Source: Catajapyx aquilonaris
Taxonomy: Eukaryota
Direction of reading: 5' to 3'
Length of the DNA stretch: 55,414 bases
Assembly: GCA_000934665.2 (NCBI GenBank)
Contig: KZ538138.1
Coordinates: 62,001-117,414 of the forward strand
The notes under the pieces were generated by a model, which was not told where the DNA came from, ran no database searches, and worked only from the letters and a program-made list of their open reading frames with translations. Positions 1-10,832 of the stretch are shown here, piece after piece (within the stretch, counting starts at the first letter, position 1; every line of letters starts with the position of its first letter). The translations under genes and the position numbers were made by a program.

Positions 1-393
1 GATTGCGGTGGGCTAATAAAAGTGGCTGTAGTGCGGTGGAGGTTGTGCAGTAGTGTAGATCTCAGTAGGTGGAAGGCAGGCCCTTCCCAATTGGTACAAG
101 ACCAGGAGGAATTCTCAAGCCTTTTGCTAATGAAAATTCCCGCGGGCCGTCTCAGCTGCTTGGCTTCCCCTTTTTCTTATTGTTGCCAGTAAGATGTGTT
201 CACACGAACTGGAAACGCCTTCTCGTCATACTTTGCAGCGAGTCATTCGCTAGCCTCAACCGAAGCTCCTCTGAACTGATCACAAACATCTAGCCTCCTC
301 CACAGCCCTACAGAAAACATCACAAATCCTAGTGGGCACTATAGTGTCGCAAGTACATTGATTAAAACGCCATTGGTTTCATAAAGGTTTGGC

Positions 394-912
394 CAGTTCG
401 TCCCTGACTATTTCGCTCATCCTGGCTTGATGCAACCCGTTGCATAGGCCCCAAGGTGAGGCGAACCCCACCCAGCCCACGGACACTACCCCTACAGTCT
501 TATCTTATCGCCTGCCGGGGCGTTTTGCATGGGGTGCTCACCTGAGAGCGCCATGAGACCTTTCACTGCTGGATTATGTGGCGACCCTACCGGACTAGGC
601 TGAACTTTATAGGTACAAAAGGGAAGCGCTACATTGGGGAACCCAACATGGTCGCCGGCGGCCATGTTGGGCCCGAATGTAGCGGCTTCTCTTCTACCTA
701 AGTTCAGCGTAGTCCGGTAGGGTCGCCACATAATCCATAAGTGAAAAGCTGTCTCATGGTGCTCTCAAGTGAGCACTTCATGCAATACGCCCCGGCAGGC
801 GATAAGAGGGAGTGTCCAGACCTTGGTATTCTAAGACCATGACCCCACCTCACCTTGGGGCCTGTGCTGGTTGCATCAAGCCAGGATGAACGAAATGGTC
901 AGGGACGAACTG
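394..912. mobile_element. Foldback (near fully palindromic) non-autonomous element E1, containing internal palindromic module A
   Basis: Outer arms 394-463 (CAGTTCGTCCCTGACTATTTCGCTCATCCTGGCTTGATGCAACC...) and 846-912 (...GGTTGCATCAAGCCAGGATGAACGAAATGGTCAGGGACGAACTG) are reverse complements. The interior 503-807 is also palindromic, centred at 656/657. No ORF. No clear TSD seen. Confidence 0.85.
477..841. mobile_element. Palindromic module A, copy 1
   Basis: Clearly homologous to 7294-7656 in the same orientation; both contain CTTATCGCCTGCCGGGGCGTTTTGCA, GGCGACCCTACCGGACTA and ATAGGTACAAAAGGGAAGCGCTACATTGGGGA. Right end GGAGTGTCCAGACCTTGGTATTCTAAGACCATG resembles the right terminus of element E2. 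Confidence 0.8.
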
Positions 913-2050
913 TCCATTATTGAAGCGATAGTACGTTTATACTGTGGTGTGGCCGAAAAAGCAACGATGTTTGAATTGCAGCGCAGGTTCAGGTGATGGA
1001 TAACTCATTTCGGTAGGATGAATCTTGACCGATGGCCCCGGATTAAACATGCTTATGCAGTAAGGGACGTGTTAAGCGGTAATTAGCGGGAATTAATCTG
1101 AACTGCAGCATACACTATAAAATGTTTCTGGGCGAGGCCGAGGTCACTGCATGTATCCTCATAAACGGGATCTCGTGCTGTGCCCGGATTGAGCCAGATA
1201 CGGATACGAAATGCATGCGATACCTACTGCATTTTGCACGTCTTTTCACTTCCTACACCCATAAAGCAAACGCATAAACCCCTGGTTCTGCGTCAGATTC
1301 TCGCATCACACGCGACACAGGTTTATAGTGCGTGGCCTACCAATATGGCCCCATCACGCTCGTACATTTACGACGTGTAAGTGAATGCGCATAGTATCCT
1401 GCCATAGAGACGTAGGGACCCCCCCGAATTGACATTATACCCTCCTCTCTTTCCGGTATAATTGCAGATGTATGTTCAGCTCGTAATCTCGGCTCCCAAA
1501 CAGCGTTGACAATCGACCCAGGTCTCCCAACTTTTTACGGTACGTAGCCGTACTTCGGACCAGTTCATTCCGAGAGAATAAAAAATCAGGGGCCTTACTG
1601 CGCATCATTTGCGCTAATATAGTCCCAGGCCCTTGTTTTTGGCCATGTGCTGCATTGATTATGAATAGCAGTGTAGAACATGTATCTGCTCGGGGTGAAG
1701 TGAATTAGGCCCTCAGCTCCCTTGTCCATTTTGGAGCATTACTGTCGGTTGCCGGAGTGATGCTCTTTATTACAACGCTGCGTTTACATCACCGGACCGC
1801 GGACCAGATTGCGAATATTGACTGCTGTGCACCATGGCGTGCATTTGCTAATTAGTAACTACTAGGTATTTATTCATCTGGTCGGGTATTTATTTGAATT
1901 GGAAGCTGGGAGAGAAGGCTGAAAGGAAAAGCAAATTGAGGTTGGTCATATTGATTTGAAAACCTATTTTGAACTATGTGAAATTGGAATATAGTGACCA
2001 GATCCGGCTCGTCTAGACTGTACGGCGCGGCGCGGCGCGGCTTGGAGCCC

Positions 2051-2243
2051 TGTCCACGCGCGGGAACCTGGTGTCCACGCGCAGGCACCTGGTGTCCACG
2101 CGCAGGCACCTGGTGTCCACGCGCAGGCACCTGGTGTCCACGCGCAGGCACCTGGTGTCCACGCGCAGACACCTGGTGTCCACGCGCAGGCACCTGGTGT
2201 CCACGCGCGGGAACCCGGTGTCCACGCGCGGGAACCCGGTGTC
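2051..2243. repeat. 21-bp minisatellite, 9 full copies
   Basis: Unit TGTCCACGCGCAGGCACCTGG, with variant TGTCCACGCGCGGGAACC(T/C)GG in the first and last two copies. It explains the repetitive ORFs at 1870-2300. Confidence 0.97.
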
Positions 2244-3519
2244 AGCGCATTCTGTAGCTATGGGCCATGCTAAATAAACCAGTCGCAGTCTTATTTTCAC
2301 CTCGCTAAAGAATCAGGGAGGACACAGGGTATTCCCACTCTGGTACACCCTGTATAGAAACTTATATAGAAAAGAGAGCACTTCCCATCTGTCATATACC
2401 ATTGAAAGAAGAAGGAATAATCTGCCTCCTTTCTCGTGCCTCTTACTTATCCGCCGTAATTGGCAAGGAATGGCCCCGTCTTTCCTTCCAGCCTTGAGAG
2501 AGGGAAAAGTTGAAAAGCCAGAAACATGGCGCTTACTACCGCCTGGAAACTTTTCAATTCCTTCATATTTTCCGCAGGAAGGGAGCAATGATCGCGGGAG
2601 AATCGAGCAAGGGGAGTTCAACTTTTTCCTTTATCCACGTCTGTAGAGGCTCGAATAAGAGGACTAGGAGCCCCCCTCTACCACTTTGTCTCTCTGGCCA
2701 GGGTAGGGTTGGGGGGGGGGGGGGGAAGTAGATATTGCTAGAAAAGCCAAGCCAGTTCGGAGGGGTATCACTCACAGCCAAACCGACGGTATTTAGGCTA
2801 CTGCATGCAAGCAGTACGTCAAATAGCAGGTTGGAGCCGATCCAGAGACTTGGTGGCTCCTGGATTTTTTTTATATAGGGGAAAAGTCGGGAAAAGGAGA
2901 TTGTGGGGGGAAACTTTGTGTTTATTAGTAATTAAAATTGTATTGTTGGGGAAATAATCGGGGATCAAGTGCTGCTAGTTTGGAGTCCTTTGTGACACTG
3001 TAGCTTTTATCAATTGAGTGGGAGTTCAAAGGCATTAGGCCTGGGGCTGGTAACAATACATCGTCAAACCTGGGGCGAATTGTAATTTTTGGCTGGTTTT
3101 GTACTGTGCAATGTACACAGTGAGAAGTACATTATGCATCGGCCTAACTTAAAGGCAGAGCCTTACCCGAATCCCACCATACCATCCAAACCTAAAACGC
3201 GATAATCAACCGTTTAATTTAAGTTATATCTTAAAAATGCAATTGACGCAACGACCACTCTGATGAATTGAGTGACCATTTTTGAACTGACTATTTTTAA
3301 TGTGTGGAGCGTACCTCAGTAAGTGGCAAGGCATCAGTCAAACAATGCACTGTATAGTATTGAGGGAAATGTGGTAATATTAATAAACCAAATATGCATG
3401 CCAAATATTGCGTTGTCGAGTAGCTTTCAGTGCATGCTCGAAACGCGTGTTAAATAATCCCATCCAATAAATAATCCACTTCGTCAGTCATCACGGCAGT
3501 TGAATGTACGCGATTACCC

Positions 3520-3520
<1 letters not shown>

Positions 3521-3589
<69 letters not shown>
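3521..3589. repeat. (TAA)23 microsatellite
   Basis: Perfect TAA repeat read directly from the sequence. Confidence 0.98.
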
Positions 3590-3590
<1 letters not shown>

Positions 3591-5445
3591 GAACTACATG
3601 AAACGTAATTCATAATTATTTATCAGTTGTATAATTAAGCAACTAGTTAACATGATTTTTATGGCGATATTTTACTTCTAAAGTTAGTGAAGTGAAGTAT
3701 CAGTGTTAAGCCCATTTGTTTTATATTCCATTGCGCAGTATGCTGATCGCATAATAGAGTCCGCTTATAATACATGTAACACATATTGTAGAGCTCCCTT
3801 TTGGATTATGGAAAAATCACATAAAAGAGTGGGGGGGGGGGGGAAAGCCGCCGTTTGCATCACTAAAAGGATGCCTGACATAATTGCATAGATTCCCATT
3901 TGATGTGCTAATCGTGGCGTGCGGCTTCATTCAAAATTAACATCCATATGTGGAGAGTCGTGGTTGTGTAGCTTTATGAATTTGTATAGTTATCACCAAG
4001 ATACATTATTGATTCCGTGGGTTTATAGCCAGTCCCGTTCGCACCTTCAGTTTGGTGCAATGTGAAATGGTGAATACTCTACATCGGTCATATGTGGGTT
4101 TTTTTTTTTTTTTGCCACATGCGTTTCGCTATACACCAAACGGAGTATTGGACCCACGCTCTGTTGGACAATATAGTTAATCGAAGAGGCGAACGGTGAC
4201 CATTTTTCCAGTAACTCTATTTTCCGGTATATTAACGCCAAGTGTAGTGGACAGGATCAAAGCAGCGTTAATGGAGAATCGTCTAGGCTGAACTATTGAA
4301 CTGTACTGTTCGCCGTAATTGAAATCAGAAGCAGGTTTGGAGTTAAATTTCATGCTCTGGTTTTTAGAACTGACGGTGAGTGCTATCGATACGATCCATA
4401 GCTCTAACGGGTAAGGCTAGATCAGAAGGGCAACTGATGATTAATTTTAATATGATTCTGCACCAATCAAACCAAACTTAGCATGACATAAGTCCAATAT
4501 TTGGATGTATGACACCCATATCACCCGTTTGATGAAGTTAATATATGGACCTAGTGTGCAAGAGGCAGCCTTAGGAGGAGGCTAGTTGAAATGTGTTGAA
4601 CCTGAGCGACCCAGAGGGGTCAATGAGAACGACCAGGTGATGTTTCACAGAATCTGCGAATTCGCAATTTTTCTAAAGAAGTGGACCATGCAGTGATTAT
4701 TGAAAAGGCCTCTGGTAAATGCTGTCAGGTTACAAAACGTGTTCACGACCACCTGGATATTGAACCTGGGCTTCAAAAGCAAACAAAAGGGGGCAGCAGT
4801 TGTACAGTTTGAAAATGTGCTGAAATTTTAACCTCCCGTAATTATGCGCAAACTGACACTGGAAATGTAAAATTTTGCAATGGTGGTAAAAAGTACTGGA
4901 CTTCAACTTTCGCCATTCCAGCTCAGTTCATCTGCCTGTTGAACCCCCCCCCCCCCCCACCTCCCCGAATAGTTATTATTCTACCCTCTCCTCCAATTCC
5001 AGTTAGCGTCATGCCGAACTGTCCTCATAAAATTGTCCTCCAAGGATTGACACCACCGCAAACATCAAGTGAACGGCATGAAATCCAAACAGTATATACA
5101 TTCGTTCCGAAAAAATGCGTTGTAAATCTGAACCAAAAAAGAATGGGGAAAACGCCTACTAATGCTCCATGACCGTGCTATATGCGATTAGGCACTGATG
5201 TGATAGTATTACGCAACGATTTATAGCACTTGCCTCATGAAATCATACCCGACGCCATTGTTTGCACTAAGCAGAGTGATAACTGCAGTCGATCATCAGC
5301 GCGATCCATCACTTCTAGTCAGGATTGCGACTCAGAAAATCCATTTTCCTTACTCTTTTAGGCAGGGTGAACATAATGGAACGAGACGTTTATGGTGTTT
5401 TGCCTTCTACTAGGCCAGAAAGTAGATAATGTATAGTAGAGTCTA

Positions 5446-5707
5446 TAGTGCTGGGCATTAATTCCGTCACACTGCTAGCGACATTTTCCGATGAGGCAGA
5501 CGTGCAAATCGAAGTGATATAGTACGAGCCGTGCCAGTAAGAAATGGTAACCCTTGGGTGACGTCACTAGCTGGGGGGACTGCTCCCCACCCGGTGACGT
5601 CACTCAAGGCCTACGACTTCTTACTCGCACGGCTCACACTCGATCACTTCGATTTGCACTTCTGCCGCAATGTCGCAAGCAGTATGACACGATTAATGTC
5701 CAACATG
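5446..5707. mobile_element. Palindromic Tc1/mariner-type MITE, degenerate copy of the family at 30624-30900
   Basis: Arms TAGTGCTGGGCATTAATTCCGTCACACTGCT... and ...AGCAGTATGACACGATTAATGTCCAACATG, with internal pairing GTGCAAATCGAAGTGAT/ATCACTTCGATTTGCAC. Homologous to 30624-30900 in the opposite orientation, judged from the asymmetric internal segments. Confidence 0.85.
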
Positions 5708-5734
5708 CCTCATATAGTCCATAAAGGGTTGTGT

Positions 5735-6020
5735 TAGGGCTGTGCGATATCCGAAATTACATATCGACTTTCGATACTTAAAAATATCGAATCGAAGTCG
5801 ATATATCGAAAATCGAAAACCGACATCGATATATTGCAAATCGAAAAACCGACATCGAAAATATCGAAAATCGAAAAATATCGAAAACCGACATCGAACC
5901 GACATCGAAAAATCGCGATATTCGATACATCGAACATGCCAAGCGTCGGATATCGCAACTTCGACATTATGAAAATATCGTATCGACAGTCGATGAATAT
6001 CGAAATATCGCACAGCCCTA
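5735..6020. mobile_element. hAT-type MITE with ATCGA/TCGAT-rich interior
   Basis: Perfect 16-bp TIRs TAGGGCTGTGCGATAT/ATATCGCACAGCCCTA. Flanks GTTGTGT (left) and GTTGTGGT (right) fit an 8-bp TSD with one indel. The interior is made of many ATCGA-type motifs. Confidence 0.85.
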
Positions 6021-7293
6021 GTTGTGGTCCACTGGTTGCAGGAGGACTAGCCTCACTTGAGGCTGCCACACGACAACACCCCCTGCTGGATAAACTCCCA
6101 ACTTAATCCCAACTCCATCTATAGTGAATACATGAGGTACCACAAAGTTGTAGCATTATAAGCCCCAACTAAATATAAATTTAAAGACCTCAACTGGTTA
6201 TGCCAAGAATCGCCCGTGGCCCAGAGACATCTTATTCAATTCTCTTCAATTGCTGCGGGGAAACACGAGGAAATTCTCCAGCCCGAAGTAACAATAGTTC
6301 TCTTTTTAGTTGACGGAACGTCATCTTGAAAATGCACGGCGGTGGCAAAGTGTTGCTTCCAAGTCCGCCGGGAATATTCCCTGCATTTTGCCAGCAATGG
6401 GCACACAAGTTTGGAATCCGTCTGTCAAAAGTAGTTGTAGCAAGTGAAAAGGAGCATCCAAGAAGGGTGGAGGGGAGGGGGGATGGGGTGGAGAAATATT
6501 CGGAAACATGAAGTAAGTTAGAAGAAGGCGCTTCTGACAGACTCGAGAAGGATAGGAATAGTCAGCGGAGCAAAGTTAGGAGCAAGGCCCGGGGGAATCC
6601 ATTTCTGAGCGAGATACATACATCTTCATTACTTCCACTCAGCTAACTTTGTTCCCAACTCGCCCAATTTATGGAATTCCGCCCTCTTGTTGACTCACTT
6701 TGGCGTCTGTTGCTCTCGCCCTCAAGAAAGTGATGAGAAGTGAAGGGGAGAAAAATCATACTCTCATAACTGGTAGACCAGCCAGTTGATTTAATAACAA
6801 GGATGGCTCCTCCATGTTGGGCCCTACTATACTCGGAAGTCCCTCTGGCGGTAGAGATAATAATATAGTTAGGCTTATTGCATCCTAGGAGACACGTAAA
6901 GTTTTGATCGGAGCGAATGAGTGGCGCCGCTTTGATGAAGAGTGAGGCAGGGGGGGGGGNGGGCTCGACTTTAATCGCGGATTTAATTTTGCGGAAAGTA
7001 GAAGTGACAGGACTGGGGGCGTCCGGGAGAAATCCGACGCCGATGGAAATGAGGATTGGCCGCTGCCTGTCCGGATTAGCACGGTATCAGCTCCAGGAGG
7101 TGGTCCTTTGATTAACCCTACTGGGGACAGTGTCCTTTTCTCTCAAGACGGCCCATTTTGTCACTTGCAGTACTCACTGTTTGTCAGAGCCACGGACGCT
7201 GTATCTCTGGACTGGTCACTCCCCCTCTTATCGCGTTGGGAGGGAAACGGGGAGGTAATGCAGTATGGAACCACAGGCGGAACCCAGACCAGC

Positions 7294-7656
7294 CTCCGGA
7301 CACTTATACTACATTCTGATCTTATCGCCTGCCGGGGCGTTTTGCAGAAGGTGCTCACCTGAGAGCGCCATGAGACATTTCCTGGAGCAATCATGTGGCG
7401 ACCCTACCGGACTACGCTGAACTTTATAGGTACAAAAGGGAAGCGCTACATTGGGGGACATGGTCGCCGCCGTCCATGTTGGGGCCGCATGTAGCACTTC
7501 CCTTTTGTAACTTACCTAGTTCAGCGTAGTCAGGTAGGGTCGCCACATGACTGCTCCGGGAAATGTCTCATGGCGCTCTCAGGTGAGCACCTCCTGCAAA
7601 ACGCCCCGACAGGGGGTGGGTGGGAGAGTCCAGACCTGAGTATTCTAAGATCATGG
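7294..7656. mobile_element. Palindromic module A, copy 2 (nested in E2)
   Basis: Self-complementary over about 7328-7613 and homologous to 477-841. Ends GGAGAGTCCAGACCTGAGTATTCTAAGATCATGG. Confidence 0.8.
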
Positions 7657-7662
7657 TCCTGA

Positions 7663-7988
7663 CCGAAGAGAAGCACATCCCGTCGATGCCATCGACTAGT
7701 TCGAAGAGCACGCGCTCAGTGGAGACGTATACTGGCTGAGCCCTTCTCGAGTTGAACTCGACGCTGCGAGGCTGCGTGACGTCAAAATGACGTATGCTGG
7801 GTGTTCCCTGGCCTTGCCTGCTTGCCCAGCATACGTCATTATGATGTCAGGCAGAGTCGCATCCTCGGGTTCAACTCGAGACGCCCTCGGCCAGTGTACG
7901 CCTCCAGGCCCCAGCAGCTCATAATAACGTGCGGATAGGTGCTTCGATCGATGGTATCTACGCTATGTCAGTATGTGCTTCTCTTCGG
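7663..7988. mobile_element. Palindromic module B (nested in E2, in tandem with module A)
   Basis: Ends CCGAAGAGAAGCACAT/ATGTGCTTCTCTTCGG are perfect reverse complements. Internal pairs are TCTCGAGTTGAAC/GTTCAACTCGAGA and AATGACGTATGCTGGG/CCCAGCATACGTCATT. Confidence 0.8.
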
Positions 7989-10307
7989 TCTGGACCCTGC
8001 TGGGCGCCGCCTGTGGTTCCGGAGTTCATAACCTCCCCGTTTCCCTCCCAACGTGATAAGCAGGGGAGTGACCAGACCTTAGATACTTAGTCCGTGGTCA
8101 GAGCAGTCACTAGATGGCGCGACCAGCCACGCCATCTGTCGCCATATTTAGTGAAGCACATTCAGGGCGCTTCTTGCTGGGTGCTTCCAAATGGATTAAT
8201 TTGCGCCCGAGGTTTTACGGCAGAAAAATGAACCAGCGCGAATGAAATGAAATAGAGCAGCTGTAACTGCGGCCGAGTCTATAACACTGAGCCGGCCAAT
8301 CTTGTTTTTAATCGCAGCAAACGCCACACTTAATACCTGGCTGGGTGGAATGAAACGCTGCTCGGCGACCACTCGTTTCAAATATGGCCGTCCAGCGAAA
8401 AACCGCTCTTTTTGTTTAGTATTTCCAGCTTCAACTGGGCCCGCAAAAAAAAAAAAAAGTGCATGTCATATAAAGGCGCGTTTGTGCCATGTCGCACCCG
8501 AATTAGGCAGATTCATTTAGCAAGATGTGCCCAATTATTCAAATATTAACAGTGGCAGTTAGGGGAGCCCCTGCATATGGAAGCCTGGGATCCGGAGGGG
8601 AAACGTGCAAGTCCCTGGAGGGAATACAAACGGTCGCCTTGTCGCCCAGCTGGAACAATGTTGGGGTAGTACGTGGCTCAAAGACTATTGGACGGGATGT
8701 GCACAGGATGAAAAATTGAGCTGGTTGTATTACAGGGTACTCCATGATCAACCTAACCGGTGTGGGTTGCAGGAAATTCATATCATTCAGTAATTATGCA
8801 GAATGTTTGTCCAAATGAACAGCCCCTTAGACTTTTGGTGCCGCTTTATAGACTGTGCTGTAGTTTGATTTATGGACGTGAGTGACTAACGATGTTCTGA
8901 GAGCGGTATCAAATATTCATCCCCCTTCACCAAGGCACACCTTAAGAGTACACTACTAGCAAAAAATGTGCACTTGGTTGTTTTCCTCACTAGCATCAAA
9001 CACAATAGTCGATTAGTTTTAAATTAATAAGAAACTTGCACTGTAGGGTCCAATGGTGTACTGTACGCAGAATGTGGCTGTAACACCCATGATTCGCAGC
9101 TTATGTCCACAGGTTCATCCAATTTTGTCAAATTGATCCCCCAAAATATGCAGTGGCACCCATCTCTCTCCCGTACTTAGTTATCCGGGGCTCTTTTTTT
9201 ACAAGGATGCTAACGGTAATAGCTGCCAATTCAGGTGAGTGTAGCCTTCTCGACCGAGGGTGGAGAGTGTGACGAAGCGTTGGGATGGAGGCCTTTATGT
9301 ATGGCGCCAGCTAATTACATGCATGTAAACCGGGATTATTTAAATGCCCATCCGGGTAAAACGACAGGCAAATGGTTCCGATGAAAGCCCCCGAGCAATT
9401 AACCCTCAGCTGCAGGCTCTCTTTGAAGGAATTAGTAGCTCGATCGCCTGCTGGCTATTAAAGCCGTCACTCGTAGCTGACCACTGGTCGCACCGGTAAA
9501 GTACCACACATACTGGAATCGGCACGCTCTCCATGCGCTGGTACGGCCGTTGGAACACAGACATTCGGCCTGATGGATCGGTTTTTGATTGCCGCTGTTG
9601 TCGATACAGCGCTGGACATCTTAGTTAAGTTGTAGCACCAGAGTGCGCCACAGTCGACGCGCCACCTAGCGTCGCTGAACAGAACCTCACATTTCTTGGT
9701 GGCGTCAGCAGCGCCATCTCCGCGACACTTGTTTTATGAGCTATCCCATAAGGCCCGTAATAGGCTCATGCATAATGCAAGCTGCTGCGAATAATCCGTA
9801 TGGGTGGCGCTGCCATCAGATATAGGCGGACTAACTTATCGCCTTGTCGATTCCATATACTGAATGGGAGCCAACTCCAGCTCATTTATCAGGCTGCCAT
9901 TTCTTTATAATTAGCTAGCAAATACCCGGACAGGTGGCGCGGATCAGTTTCGGAGGACATCGTGCTTCGAGAGCAGAACAACCCCGGGAAGAAATTTGCA
10001 AGGGCCCGCAGGGGACTGCCCCAACTTCGGGCAGCAATTTGCGTTTTCCGGTTAGCAACAGAGAAGCGGTGTGATGCAGTATCCAGGTCATATACTCTGT
10101 ACGGTACAGGAACCACTCACACATGTGCTAGCGAAATAATACACGTAATGTGATCAAAGGTTTGACTGACTCTAAGCCTTCTAATTATGTCAAAATGTGC
10201 ACTAGGAGATGGGACAGTATATGTAGAGACTGGGAAATGCACACTTGAAGTTTCATGTTGCATGTGAGTAATTCCAGGTTTCGCAGTTCTGTGATGCATC
10301 ATCTATA

Positions 10308-10832
10308 CAGGGTGAGTAAGAACCCGTCGGAACAGTTATGTAATTAGCATGGAAATGCGGCTGGATCAAACTAACAATATAGTTTAGGCTCGCTTCTGCT
10401 CTTAGTTTTGGGTTGCTATTCACGTTTTATTGACGTTAATTTGAATTGTTTTTGTTTTTCCGATAATGGCTCTAAATCGACCTTCACTTTGCCATTTATT
10501 TGTTTTCCCGGAATATATGGATGGACACTCTGCCCCACTTTATATTTTGCACTTTTGTTTGTGGCATTGTAGCATATTATAGCAAAACATGCCTATCGCC
10601 TTACTGAACGTTTGAGTAATATGACATGAAGTAAGTGATTGTAATGTGTGGTTTGCTTTATTTGTTGGATTTTGGTAAGTAAAATGAACACTTCCTTCCT
10701 TTACATGTAAGTGTCCATTTTCCTGGCGCCGCTCTGGTGAACACCGTACGATATCTATATTCCATCTTCCATATCCAGGCATTTACAACGCATTATCTCA
10801 GCTGTTCCGATAGCATTGAGCTCCACCTCATA
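10308..10832. mobile_element. Possible old Tc1/mariner-type MITE remnant
   Basis: Begins TA|CAGGGTG...TCGGAACAG. Only a degenerate partner CTGTTCCGA...CACCTCATA is seen near 10802-10832. AT-rich interior. Confidence 0.3.

Larger units (their letters stand above)
7190..8097. mobile_element. Composite foldback element E2: outer stem enclosing palindromic modules A and B
   Basis: Outer arms CCACGGAC...CTGGTCACTCCCCCTCTTATCGCGTTGGGAGGGAAACGGGGAGG...GGAACCACAGGCGG and CCGCCTGTGGTTCC...CCTCCCCGTTTCCCTCCCAACGTGATAAGCAGGGGAGTGACCAG...GTCCGTGG. Flanked by a 6-bp direct repeat TCAGAG at 7184-7189 and 8098-8103. Confidence 0.85.

Noticed and set aside
1519..1825. Possible degenerate Charlie-like hAT MITE starting CAGGTCTCCCAACTTTTT
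   Set aside because: No convincing right TIR or TSD.
2051..2243. CRISPR array or repeat-protein gene
   Set aside because: Units are head-to-tail with no unique spacers and no cas genes nearby. The ORFs are just the repeat translated in several frames.
5693..6106. Overlapping R/F/D/I-rich ORFs
   Set aside because: They are translations of the ATCGA-rich interior of the hAT MITE.
6325..6425. C2H2 zinc-finger-like peptide CPLLAKCREYSRRTWKQHFATAVH on the minus strand
   Set aside because: The spacing is non-canonical, the motif is single, and there is no supporting ORF or splice context.
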